Origin: Octopus sinensis
Lineage: Eukaryota
Assembly (NCBI RefSeq): GCF_006345805.1
Contig: NC_043016.1
Coordinates: 9,176,001-9,240,000, forward strand
DNA length: 64,000 nt
Direction: 5' to 3'
Position numbers and translations under genes: made by a program. Every line of letters starts with the position of its first letter. The first letter of the stretch is position 1. Positions 13,961 through 27,540 of this stretch are shown piece by piece. The notes beneath the pieces were generated by a model that worked only from the letters and a program-made list of their open reading frames with translations, searched no databases and was not told the origin of the DNA.

Positions 13961-14214
13961 TTATATATACATATATCATATATGCATACACATATATCAC
14001 ATATACATATATCACATATATATATATACATATATCATATATATATATATATACATATATCATATATATATATATACATATATCATATATATATATATAT
14101 ATATATACATATATATCATATATACACATATCATATATACACATATATCATATATATATATATACACATTAACACAACTGATCTGGCAAAACTTCTACAG
14201 CTGGATGCACTTCC

Positions 14215-14246
<32 letters not shown>

Positions 14247-14590
14247 CATACACACACACAGATATATACATATACTCATATATATATATACACACATAAA
14301 TACATATCCACATCTATATACACATATACATATATATATGCACAAACAGATATATACATATACAGATAAATATATACACACACATATATACATACACATA
14401 TATATACACATATATATACACACTACATGTATATATATATATATATGACATATATATAAACACAGACATATGTATATACACATATATATACACACAAATA
14501 TGTATATATATATATGTATATACATGTAGATATACATATATACTTATATATATATACGTATATACATATATATATATGTATATACATATA
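13960..14590. repeat. Long compound (TA/CA) low-complexity microsatellite
   Basis: Direct inspection. Confidence 0.9.
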
Positions 14591-15042
14591 GTGAGAATTT
14601 ACAAAAAAACAAAAGACGAAGACAGCTGTGTAAACAAACAGATGTTTAACGCTTGGGAGGTGAGAAAGTCTTTTACTTTTCGAGCTTACACTCTTCAGCA
14701 GAAAGGAAAACAGAAATATACAGGGTGAGTAAATAGAAAAAGGTATAGTGGATAGCGATCTATCATGGCAAATGCCGGACAGAGGGGTCACACAGGAGAG
14801 CTAGGAAGAAGGGGAGATAAGGTAGTGGTGTTCCCAAAACGAAGGTGCACATGCCTATGTGAGAACGTGTATGTATGTGTGGAAGGGGACTGGTGACCTT
14901 GACATGTGCATGTGTAGGTGCTTAGAAGTGGTCAGTGCTAGTGTGTGCAGGGTGGTGTGGTGTGGTGGAGTGTGGAAGAGGTGAGAGTGGGGGAAGCAAG
15001 GGTGGGGTCTAAGGGATATATATATATTTATACATATATATA

Positions 15043-15100
<58 letters not shown>

Positions 15101-16376
15101 TAATTTATAAATGAGGGTGAAAAAATACTTTTGGCGGGGGAATTTGAATCATAGCTACTAATGCAATTGATTGAACCGCATGTGTATTTGGCGCTGCGTC
15201 GAAATATAATGAGCGATTTAATAAATTGTATTTAAGACGAACTCCTGCTGATGATTTATGGATGCTGTGTAAGTAAAATTGCATTTACATTAATAATGAA
15301 ACAATTGTTCAGGGTTAATCTATTTTTTTTGTTATTTTTCACTTGCACCACGGTAAATGTTGTTATTTCTCCTCGGAAACAATTTTTTAGTGGCTATACC
15401 ATAGTGGATCTATTTTTAGCACTAGAGTAGACCACATAGTGGTCGCTCTCTCATATTTATGTATTATATATATATACATATATATACATTATATACATAC
15501 ATATATATACACATATGTATATATATATATATACACATAATACAAATAAGAAAATGGAGGGACAGATTCGTTTCAATCATGAATTGGTAATATCTGTAAG
15601 TCGATGATTGAAACAAATCTGTTCCTCCATTTTCTTATTTTGAATTATGAATTTGAGGTAAAATATTTTACCTTTGCCCATCTAATACAATAAATGAATT
15701 AATTTCATTGCGATTATAAGCATTTATGTATTTGCCTTTTGGGTACTTCACCAGCAGTATATTGGATAACTGATATCCCATATTGGGTTACACTCATAAC
15801 CCCTATCTCACTTTGTACATGCTTCTTTTAGCATGTAAAAATTACCTGTTAAAGGTAGTTTTCTCTTGTGTTTAAATGTACACTATTTTATTTTGAGAAT
15901 ATGTCATCTATTGACTTTTTATACATGCTAGGCCATTGGTGGTGAAATTTCTAAAAATACTCGCCACCCTATATATTTACGAATATTATCTATCTATCTA
16001 TCTATCTATATATATATATATATATATACATACATACATCTATAAATACAAGTATATATATATAGACACACTCACACACACATATATATAGTAACGAGTT
16101 ATTGTCTGTGTGATTACTGTTATATTCAGTGATTAATGTACCAACTTATGCAGTGCTTACTGAGGTATTCACTTAGATCTCTTCAATCTTCATTTCCCTT
16201 TACTAATATGGTTTTTTTTTTACACAGACACAAACCTTCAAATTATTTTTCAAGAGAGAAGTATTTAGTCAATTATGCCATCACCCATATTTTAACATGA
16301 AAAAGATGGAAAAGCAAAGTTGACCCCTCAACAGGATATGAACCCAGAACTCCATGCCTTTTAGGAACAGTATACC

Positions 16377-16781
16377 TATTTCTTTACTACCCACAAGGGT
16401 CTAAACACAGGGGGGACAAACAAGGACAGACACACGGATTAAGTCGATTATATCGACCCCAGTGCGTAACTGGTACTTATTTAATCGACCCCGAAAGGAT
16501 GAAGGGCAACGTTGACCTCAGCAGAATTTCAATCAGAATGTAGCAGCAGACGAAATACCTATTTCTTTATTACCCATAAGGGGCTAAACATAGAGGGGAC
16601 AAACATAGGTATTAAGTCGATTACATCGACCCCAGTGCATAACTGGTACTTAATTTATCGACCCCGAAAGGATGAAAGGCAAAGTCGACCGTGGCAGAAT
16701 TTGAACTCAGAACGTAGCGGTAGACGAAATACTGCTAAGCATTTTGCCCGGCGTGCTAACGTTTCTGCCAGCTCGCCACCT
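16377..16781 (-). mobile_element. Family C (Nin-domain-like) SINE, 1.8-mer, flanked by TSD AGTATACC
   Basis: Core gtcgactttgcctttcatcctttcggggtcgataaattaagtacc; TSD at 16369-16376 and 16782-16789. Confidence 0.85.
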
Positions 16782-19162
16782 AGTATACCACTCTGACCTC
16801 AATATTTGACAGGTATTTTATTTTAGAAAGAGTAAAAGCAAAGTTGATGTCAGTATGACTTGAACCCAGAACCTAAAAGGAACTGAGTATATACTGCAAA
16901 GCATTTTGTTCAATGCTTTAATGACCCAGCAATTCCACTGCCTAATATCATTTAATATTAGCATTACTTTTTTTTTTTTTACCAAGAAATTACCACATTC
17001 TCATTTTTGTCTCCAAGTAAAAAGAACCACTGCAATAACATTAACACAAATGCATTATAAACATTTTCAAAACACTCAATGATATATATACACATGCACT
17101 ATACACTCATTAATATACATGCAATATTATACAGCCCAATATAAAACAACATCAAAATTATCACTTTCTGTAATAGTGAAGGTTAAAACATCAGTTTGTT
17201 GATATGTGTTGCTCTGCTTATAAATACTGCTTAATCCATGTTAATACCAACATCTGAGATCAACTGCAGTTCTTTAACACAAAATTCCCCGTTTTGATGT
17301 GTTCATATTTAAATTGAAATCTTCCCTCAATAACTTTTATGCAAGAAATATTTGTTGTGTACTTAGCCCAGCTCAATAAAGAACAAGATAAATATTTCAC
17401 TAAAACCCATGCAAATTCTGGATTATTTTCAAAATTAATCGAAAGTTTATAATTAAATATTGAATGTTGTGTTTCGTATCTAAATCAAAACCTTCAATAA
17501 TTGTAATTCTTGGAGAGACAGAGCTGGCTCTTTTCAAAATTAAATAAAATACATGAAAAAAAATGGTTTATTAGAAAAATTTGATTGCAACAAAAATATT
17601 AATAAATAAACATAATAAAAAGAATAAAAAAGGTTATCTTCAGAAAGAAAAGGAAAGAAACAAAAAAAATATGGTAAAAATGAGCTAAAAGACAAGAACT
17701 GATAAAATATGTTAGAAAGAAGATAATAAAAAAAAAAAATTGAGTGAAAGCAACAAAATTCTGATAATCTCCAGTGATGAATCTGTAATTGGTAGATTTT
17801 TTTTTTTTTTTTTTCCATTTCCAATATAAGAACTTGTAGGGTTCCAGCAGCGGTAGAAATGGGAGATAGTGAAAGAGAGAGAAGGGGAAGTAGAGTTAAC
17901 TAGACCTTAAATTTATAAATCATATGAAAATAAAGGCTTCTGCAGTTTCAGGGCTTCTAACAAGGGAAATAATGTGTGTGTGTGTGTGTGTAAACACACA
18001 TACATACATACATATACATATATATATATATATATATAACATATATAACATGTATGTATATATAAAAAATACATAATATGAAAATATATTATATATATAT
18101 CATATTTTATGTATGTATAATGTGTAAGATATATATAATATGCATAATAAAATAAAGAATGAGAAAAATAATCTGTATTATTTCAGAAACTTAATGTGTG
18201 AATTTGTGAGTATAGATTGATCTCTTTTTTGTTTCTCTGTCTCATATATCTCTATTAAGAAACATTTCTTGCACATCTCCCTCACCAGCCTCTGAATCAA
18301 TGCCTTTTCCATTTTGTCTGCTGAGGCCATGAGAAATGTGTTTTTTTTTTTAATAAAGGATATACAAAATGTATAAGAGGTGAGAGATAGAATTTTGAAA
18401 TGAAGCAAGACGACAAGATTACATGAGGAAGATTAGAAAAAGAAAAACAAAGAGAAAATTCTTAAGCAATGCAAAAAAACATTGAAACAATGTGAAGCAA
18501 ACTGCTTTTAGAATAGCACAGATCTACCTTGGCAAAAAAAAGCAACACCACACTATGAAATATTAAAAAAAACAATCTAGCATCACCGGCAACATTATGA
18601 ATATGCATTTGTACGTATATAAATAACATATATTATAAAATATACATATGTATGTACTAACATGTAAATATATACATATATACATTTTCATATATTATAG
18701 AACATAATGTATTTTATATAGACATATTTGTAACAAATATATATGTATACAAAAATGTATAAGTGTATATCATATATATAAATATATATATATATATATG
18801 TACACATACACACACGTTATATAATATACGTGTATATCTACACACACATATGTACTGTGTTTTTATATATAAATATGAACATTTTCCCTTAAACTTTGGT
18901 GTGTGTGTGTGTGCTTGTGTGTGTGTGTGTGTGCTTGTGTGTGTGTACCCTTCTCTTCCCATTGCTTAACATCTAGTGTTAGTTTATTTACATCCCTGTA
19001 ACTTAGTGGTCCAGCAAAAGTGTACTAGGGCCAATTTGTTTGACCAAAACTGTTAAACGCTGTGCCTCCAGCATGGCCGCAAGCCAATGACTGGAACAAA
19101 TTTTTTTGTTGATTGTTTCCAGTATTATGACATATGAATGATATCTTATTAAGATATTCTTT

Positions 19163-19575
19163 TCTACTCTAGGCACAAGGCCCGAAATTGTGAGGGGGGG
19201 GGGCAGTCAATTAGATCGACCTCAGTACGCAACTGGTACTTAATTAATCGACCCTGAAAGGACGAAAGGCAAAGTCGACCTCGGCGGAATTTGAACTCAG
19301 AACATAAAGACAGACGCAATACTGCTAAGCATTTCGCCCGGTGTGCTAACATTTCTGACAGCTCACTGCCTTAGGCACAAGGCCCGAAATTTTGAAGGAG
19401 GGGGCCAGTCAATTAGATCAACCCCAGTACACAACTGGTACTTAATTAATCGACCCTGAAAGGACGAAAGGCAAAGTCGACCTCAGCGGAATTTGAACTG
19501 AGAACGTAAAGACAGACTAAATACGGCTAAGCCTTTCGCCCAGTGCGCTAACGTTTCTGACAGCTCGCTGCCTTA
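19163..19575 (-). mobile_element. Family C short variant, head-to-tail dimer
   Basis: Two consecutive ~205-bp monomers with an aggcacaaggcccgaaatt tail. Confidence 0.8.
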
Positions 19576-19889
19576 AAATATTAAAGGATGAGTGTTTATT
19601 CAAGTTCTGATGTTTTCTTAGTTTCTTTTCCATGTTCTCATAGTTGGTTTGTTTTTCAATTTTTTAGGTTTTTTTCTTAATCCTTTCCACTATAAAAATA
19701 AATTTCCATTTCCATAGAAGTAAAGAAGTAGACCATCTTGACAACATAAGCTCTATTATTAAAACTGGAAATAGTGTAGAGTATGGTCAGTGTTCTTCAC
19801 AATTATTAAAAGGAGACAGAATGCTAAAATCATCCTTCTCTACACTTGGAAGGAAGAAATATATATATATCGCCATGATAGATCATTAG

Positions 19890-20222
19890 CCACTACACAC
19901 ATTTTTTTTTCTCCTTGTTTTTTGTGTCCCTTTCTGTAGAAGAGCGTAGGCTCGAAACGTAAAAGACTTTTTCTATTCCTGAGCGTTATACTAATACATC
20001 TGTTTGTTTTGTACACCACCTGTCTTCATCTTTTCGAAATGTAAAAGACTTTTTGTATTCCTGAGCGTTATACTAATACATTTGTTTGTTTTGTACACCA
20101 CCTGTCTTCATCTTTTCAAAACGTAAAAGACTTTTTTCTATTTCTGAGCGTTATACTAATACATCTGTTTGTTTTGTACACCACCTGTTTTCGTCTTTTG
20201 TTTTTTTCGTAAACTCTCCCTG
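19890..20222 (+). repeat. Penelope-like tail with degenerate hammerhead and three tandem ~81-bp units
   Basis: cgaaacgtaaaagactttt...cacctgtcttcatctttt repeated three times; related tails at 1585-1655, 14610-14740 and 50305-50485. Confidence 0.75.
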
Positions 20223-20905
20223 TGTGTGTGTGTATGTGTGTGTGTGAATGAAAACCAAACATACTGAAACTGGTTAAGTGAAATTGTTTTAAGAACCATC
20301 TAAACCAATTGAAACTGTTCTTATGTATATATAAAAACACACACATACATGCATGTGTGTGTGTGTATATACATGTATGTATATATGATACATAAATATA
20401 TACAAACACACATGCACATCCCCTAACATTCATGCATACTCACACACATGTAGACTATCTTAATACTAAACAAAGCTGGAGCAGAATGCATATCAGAAAA
20501 GAAATATTAATAAAAACATTTTTTTAAAAATTCCATCCATTTATAAAGAAGATAAAAACGGCTATATTTATTGCAAGCAATGGAAGCTGCAATTGAAAAC
20601 AGCAGCATGCAAGTAGAGATATACCCCTTTGACACAAAGAGAGTGTGTGGGGGGTGACATCTACTTCTACACTACAAATGAGGGGGTGGAGGTAAAGCTG
20701 TAACAGTGCTAATTAATTAACTAATTAAAAGAAAGAATGCACCCGTTAGAGACATATACACACAAACATACATGGAAATGGTGCACTGTGTACAGTTAGA
20801 GGTATTTGAAAAAAAAAAAAGAAATTAAAATCTATCTCCGCCCCACACATTGCTGGTGTAGGCAAATCTGCAGTGCACAGTGCAGTCGTGCAGAGGGAAA
20901 CTTAC

Positions 20906-21000
20906 CCCACAAGTGGTGAGCTGTATACAGGTGTCCGATGGACGAAAAGAAGCCTGCAACGGCTTCATTGTTGGTGCGCCGATGCTGGATACCACGAGCC
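20906..21000 (-). CDS. NIPSNAP: NipSnap exon (95 bp): [31 protein letters not shown]
   Basis: Polypyrimidine tract + ctag| acceptor and |gtaagt donor. Matches '[31 protein letters not shown]'. Confidence 0.96.
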
Positions 21001-21409
21001 CTAGCAGGAGAATTGCAGAGAGGAGAGGTGGGCAAGGTTTCTTAAAAAAAACATGTATAAATTTTCACATGTGCACAAGAACAACAAAACCAAAACCAAA
21101 ACATTTTAACCTTAAAGTGAAAAAAGGAACAAAACAAATAAATAAATAAATACAAATTGCATGTACATACTTACGCATACATGAAATCCATTTCATAAAA
21201 CGATGAACATATAATATGTTTAAAAAAATCAAAAACTAGCCCTTACTGTTGAGTAGTGGAAGCTGTCTGTGACTGATATTGAAGCCTTGATGTGAATATA
21301 GCAACTTAACTTTTGGGATTTGAGAGCGATATCTATAACATGAAAGTTCAAAGGAGGTCAAACTGAAGATATTAACTCCACCACAACTAACACCACCAAA
21401 AATATATGT

Positions 21410-21622
21410 TTCTTTATTCCCACAAGGGGCTAAACACAGAGGGGACAAACAAACGGATTAAGTCAATTATATCGACCCAGTGCGTAACTGGTACTTAATT
21501 TATCGACCCTGAAAGGATGAAAGGCAAAGTCGACCTCGGCGGAATTTGAACTCAGAACGTAGCGGCAGACGAAATACTACTAAGCATTTCACCCGGCGTG
21601 CTAACGTTTCTGCCAGCTTGCT
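21410..21622 (-). mobile_element. Family C SINE with TSD ACCAAAAATATAT
   Basis: 13-bp direct repeat on both sides. Confidence 0.85.
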
Positions 21623-21855
21623 ACCAAAAATATATCTTTACCTTTAAATTTCCCCTTTGAAAACTTCTAATAATAGTTACTTTGAGTCTGATGCCAAACT
21701 TACATGGAATAAAGCAGAATGAAAAAAATATACACGTAGAAGGAAAGCTGAACAATTACTAGTGATATTCTCAGACGGCCTGGTAGTTATTCCTGATGAT
21801 GTTAGCTGAGCTGTGATCATGTAGAATAAAGTGTTCAGTCAAGAAACACATTGAC

Positions 21856-22160
21856 ATATCACCGTGACCAACCAGGCTATCAGATGTTGCTACACATCGC
21901 TAGTCACAATACGCTTCGCATTGCTTTAGCCTTCGAATAACGCCACCCCGCTGGCTAAGCGAGCAGGCCAACAGAAGAAAGAGTGAGAGAAAGAGTGGTG
22001 AAAGAGTACAGCAGGGATTGCCACCACCCCCTGACGGAGCCTCGTGGAGCTTTAGGTGTTTTCGCTCAATAAACCCTCACAATGCCCGGTCTGGGAATCG
22101 AAACTGCGACCCTATGACCACTAGTCCGCTGCCCTAACCACTGGGCCATTGCGCCTCCAC
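21856..22160 (-). mobile_element. Family D SINE (tail type 1)
   Basis: Reverse complement of the 4065-4345 type. Confidence 0.82.
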
Positions 22161-23305
22161 ACATTGAGATATAAGCTGTTGAAAATGAATTCAAAGAACT
22201 ATGAGCTGGTAGCAGTCTAATACTCCATCAACTCAGCCAATTTGTTTCTTTAAGAGGAAACAATTATATTTTGTTCCTGTATTTTTAAATGAATGAAAGA
22301 AAACTTTATCTGTATTTTTCCATAGACAACTAGAAACATCTAAAAAAAAATCGTAGATAAGTGAAGCAGCTGGTAAAGGGGGGGGAGTAAGGAAGAGGAC
22401 AGCAATGTTTTGATACCCAAAAGTTTGGCAGCAAGAAGGTTAACCAAAACATAATTACGAACATCCAGTAACATCCTACCCGTACCCCTACTCCTTCTCA
22501 GATAAAATACCATCATAGATGATTTGGTATCTGTATTTCCTAGAGCAAAGTGAACTGAAGTAGAATTAATTATCATGACATGCAACAAAACAATACCAAT
22601 AAAATATGAATTCCCTTCATTTTTTTTTTAAAACCCAATAAAAGAATATCCTATGAAGTCAGCTATTTTCTTTATATTCTCATACTTATAATAATATTTC
22701 TGTATTTAACCCTAGGTCAAATTTGATTGAGCAGATTTTTCTATGATCAAATACATTTCAGCTTTGACCATTCTGTGTTTTCTTTGGGATTACGTTTACC
22801 AATGTATCTTTCCTAAAGATTTGGTTGCTATTTCTAATAGCTGAAGTGACAACATAGCAGCTTCTTTTCGCTAATGATGTTGGTTAGTTGTGTAATACTG
22901 ATGGGCCATGTCATCTTCTATTGTATATCTGCTCAGTTAATGGGTTGCTATCAAAGGCCTGATGAATTGTTGGGTCACCTCTGAAGAACTACTGGGTCAT
23001 TGGGTTACTGCTTAAGGCCTGCTATGTCATTTAATTACACTACTAATAACCGCTTTACTTTACATGTTTTGCTTCAAGGGAGAAGTACCTTCAAGTGATC
23101 CCCACATCTCTAATAGCCTTATTTAGGCCCACATGATAACTTGAACAGAGCACCCTCATCCAACAAAACGGCCGTCAATTTGGTGGAATTCTGCGCTATG
23201 CACACCATACAACTCCTCATAACTCTTATTTTTTTTGGAATTTTCATAAAATTTTTCCGAATGTTTTCTATACATGGGAATTCATACGACTGCAAAAACA
23301 AAAAT

Positions 23306-23651
23306 AAAATCAATGGAAATTGTAGTTGTGATCCCTGTGCTGGTGGCATGTAAAAAGCACCATCCGAAAGTGGCTGATGCCAGCGCCACCTCGACTGGCT
23401 TCCGTGCCGGTGGCACGTAAAAAGCACCAACCGATTGTGGCCGTTGCCAGCCTTGCCTGGCACCTGTGCCGGTGGAATGTAAAAAGCACCCAATACACTC
23501 ATGGAGTGGTTAGCATTAGGAAGGGCATTCAGCTGTAGAAACACTGCCAGATCAGACTGGAGCCTGGTGCAGCCTTCTGGCTTTCCAGATCTCGGTCAAA
23601 CTGTCCAACCTATGCTGGCATGGAAAACGGATGTTAAATGATGATGATGAT
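23306..23651 (+). mobile_element. Family A short retroposon
   Basis: Full body plus tail. Confidence 0.85.
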
Positions 23652-24283
23652 TTAAGACCTATTTAGCTGTTATTTTTACCACATCTCACAACCACCTCAT
23701 ACCCTCCCCTTTGTTTGTCACTCTGACATATTGATGTTTTCCAATATCATTTTTTCTCGTAAACACATTTAATGGTCTATTACTGCAGTTGAAGCCAAAA
23801 ATTTGTATTGTTCAAATTTTAAATTGATTTTAAAAGAAAATTTCAAAAAATTAATTAAAAAAATCTTTTTGATCATTTTTTCATAGTTGTGTGAATTCCC
23901 ATGCATAGAATACAAATTCACAAAAATTTTATGAAAATTACAAAAAATAAAAAAAATTATGAGAGGTTATATGGCATGCATAAAGTGGAAAATCTACTAT
24001 CAATTTTAAATTCCTCCACTACATACAACCAGGTTGACTCTCCCTTTTGTATTGACTGTCACAGTCTACAACAGACAACACAATTATCTTGCAAGGTCTT
24101 CTGATAAACAAGACCAGCCACGCTCTTTCTCTTTCCTTTATGTTAATATGAGACATAATGAATGTCAGGTTGAGGTAGTAAACTACTTCGTGCATTGTCA
24201 TAAGTTAAGATCTTACTACAGACATTATGCACAATTCTGTTTCCCTAACTTTACCTGGCTGACAAAACCAAGTTCTACTTCCT

Positions 24284-24508
24284 TATTTCTTTATTGCCCA
24301 CAAGGGGCTAAACATAGAGGGAACAAACAAGGACAGACAAAGGGATTAAGTCGATTACATCGACCCCAGTGGGTAACTGGTACTTAATTTATCGACCCTG
24401 AAAGGATGAAAGGCAAAGTTGACCTCGGCGGAATTTGAACTCAGAACATAGCGGCAGACGAAATACCGCTAAGCATTTTGCCTGGCATGCTAACGTTTCT
24501 GCCAGCTC
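24284..24508 (-). mobile_element. Family C SINE with 17-bp TSD ACCAAGTTCTACTTCCT
   Basis: TSD at ~24267-24283 and 24509-24525. Confidence 0.88.
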
Positions 24509-24714
24509 ACCAAGTTCTACTTCCTATTCTGAGTTAAGCAGTTAATAGTGATAATAATTGTCACTGCTATCATCATCATCATCATCATCACTATTAATTG
24601 TTATTACTAACAGTACTCCTGGAATTCCACAGCTATTTTGAAAACTGTAAGATGGTTGCAAGTTTATAGAGAACCATGAAATAAGTGCTTTTAAAATCAT
24701 ATTCTTTTATTCTT

Positions 24715-25066
24715 GTACTAGTCTGTCGCTTGACTGCAGCCATGCTGGAGCACTGCCTTGAAGGGTTTTAGTCAAACAAATCGACTCCATGACTTATTTC
24801 TTTTTTATCGGTCTCTTTTGCCGAATTGCTAAGTTACAGGGACATAAAGACATCAACACCAGTTAAGCGGTGATGGGCACACACACACACATATATATAT
24901 ATATAAAACGGGCTTCTTTCAGTTTCCATCTACCAAATTCACTCACAGGGCTTTGGTTGGCCCGAGGTTATTGTAGAATACACTTGCCCAAGGTTCCAAT
25001 CAGTGGGACTGAACCTGAAACCAGGTGGTTGGAAAGCAAGCTTTTTAGCACATAGTCACACCTGCA
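24715..25066 (-). mobile_element. Family B SINE (diverged)
   Basis: Reverse-complement similarity to 12942-13327. Confidence 0.75.
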
Positions 25067-26017
25067 CCACACAAACACACACACTTGATTCTTTAGACAG
25101 TACAGAAGTTTCCTATAGGTAGTGCTGAATGTTCAGTCACAGATGACAGCATCCCTGAAAACTCTTATTCTTCTTATTATCATCATTGCTATCTGTTACT
25201 TGTAAGATGGATTTGGCTATTGGCTGAGTCCATCATAGCAATCACCCAGCTGCTCTCCTTTAATAGGACAGGGCAGGCAGTTTAGACGTCAGGAGGCAAC
25301 AGCATCAAGGACTAACGACAGACACTTACCCCTTCAGTCAAACCCTCAACAGCATTTGCAAGTTGGAAAGACAAATGAAGGAGGAGAAGGAATTGCTCTC
25401 CAATGAGGTGAGTGACTGTGGTGAAAATGGTAAAAGCAGATGGAACTAATCTAAGCATGTGCCTGTAAGTTGGAGAACAACGGTTGGGAGAAGGCAGCTG
25501 CCCTTGGTGGTCAGGGTGATCTTGGATCTCTGAGGTTCTTTGACTGGCCAGGTTCTACTCCCCACTCCTCAGTTGAGTGCTTATTGGTAGGAAAGACATC
25601 TAGCTGTAAAAAAGAATAATTACTCTAATATTAACTAATTTAATTATGTAAAGAGCAAAAAAAAAAAAAATTTGATGTAAAAAAAAAAACAGTAAAAGAA
25701 AGCTACTACAAGAAAATATTTAATGTAAAAAGAAACTGACTGATATGGTTTCAAAATTTTGGCACAAGGCCAGCAATTTTGACGGAGGTGGTAAATTGAT
25801 TACATCAACTGCCAGTGTTCAACTAGTACTTATTTTATAGACCCCAAAAAGATGAAAGGTTTACCGTAGAAAAATTTGAACTCAGAATGTAATGTAAAGA
25901 ACCCGAAGAAATGTTATTAAACATTTCATCCAACTCACTAATGATTCTATCAGCTTACCACCGTAAAAGAAAGGATAATTAATAATGTGTCTTCATATAT
26001 GATTATAACACCAGTAA

Positions 26018-26297
26018 TTCTGTTGTGTGTCTGGAGAGAGTAATTTTCTTTTCGTGCCTTATAATTTAACACACTCACCGGTAAAATTTCCACTTATTTC
26101 TTATTTTTATTTTCCTAAAATTTTCGTTGCGTCTTGCAACCTTTTCAATAGTCTTTTCAATGAGAGTCAAGACCATTGAAAAGGTTGCAAGATGCAACGA
26201 AAATTTTAGGAAAATGAAAATAAGTGGAAATTTTACCGGTGAGTGTGTTAAATTATAAGGCACCAAAAGGGAATGACTCTCCCTAGACACAACAGAA
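26018..26297. repeat. ~280-bp foldback (arms ~135 bp)
   Basis: Reverse-complement arms around a loop at ~26156-26168. Confidence 0.92.
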
Positions 26298-26616
26298 AAT
26301 GCTTCAACACACGAACTCACATAAAGAATCTTGCAAACCAAATCCAAAAACGAAACACCAGTAATATAAATCTAAAAATTTATATTCTTTTTGGCCCAGA
26401 AACTGTAGAATTTAATTATTTCCTGCTTTTTCCACATTGACATTTATGGATTATGTTGGTTGTCTGCCACTTTTCACAGCAGCAACTTGACGTGAATCAG
26501 GCAACACAACAGCTACAATCTTTCTAAGTGATTCTTTTTAAAGCCAACTATTTTGAAATTGAAAATGAGTGAAAGAGAAAGCAAATGGGAAAGAAGAGAG
26601 AGGGGGAGAGAGATGG

Positions 26617-26665
<49 letters not shown>

Positions 26666-27036
26666 CATACATGTAGATATATCTATACATACAAAGAGAT
26701 ACATGGGGCTATATAAAACCCAAATGCATACAGATACATCAACACATAGTTCTTCAACTTGTTTTAGCCATCACAACCAATGCCCAGCTGGAGTACCACC
26801 TTCAAACTTAAATGTTCTCCCTATTTTCTCCTCTTCTTTCTATAGCCAGGAGAACAATGCCTTAACTAAAGTTTCCAGTAAATGTTGCATGTCTAACTGA
26901 TGGATCAATGAATTTAAGAGAGACTACTCTGCTCCAGAAACAATTTCTGCTGATAGTTCATTGGTATGTCAAAGAGAATCACATCAAGATGTCACTTAAA
27001 AATCTCAGAGGAAATTTGGTCACAATTTATAAACCA

Positions 27037-27540
27037 CTAGCAGTATAGCCCAGCATTGCCCAGGATTAAGTTAGGATTATTAAGCTAATTAAGTGCTTTG
27101 TTTCAAACCAAACTAAGTAACACCGATGTGAAATTTGAGCAAAATCCATTGAAATTGGTAAACATTTGGCTGAAAATGGGTTGCAGACAATTTGATTGGA
27201 AATCCCATAAGGATTTGGTTCATTGATTTTTCCACTCATCAATTGTTTTTTTTTTTTCGAGAACTTAAAGCATTCAAAGTTCCCATGAGTCCTAAGTAAC
27301 ACTGGCATCAAGTTTGAACAAAATATGTCAAAATTGGTAAAAGTTATGGTTGAAAATGGGGTGTAACCAATTTTAGTGGGAAATCCTATAAGGAATCAGT
27401 TTATCGATTTTTCATCCTGATTGAATGGAAAACCTCATAAGGAATCAGTTCATTGATTTTTAACCCCAAATAGGACTTAACCAAATACAACACTGCTGGT
27501 TCAAAAAATCTATATTTATACTTTAAAATTAGTTTTCACA
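27037..27540 (-). mobile_element. Helitron-like 3' end and internal repeats
   Basis: Minus strand reads cctgggcaatgctgggctatactgCTAGt, the same hairpin/CTAG end as 10030-10057. Confidence 0.45.

Noticed and set aside
25267-25407. Plus-strand 141-bp open segment with AG/GT borders (DRAGSLDVRR...KELLSNE)
   Set aside because: No recognisable homology and no partner exons. A minus-strand pseudo-exon with stops overlaps it, so the splice-like borders may be chance.
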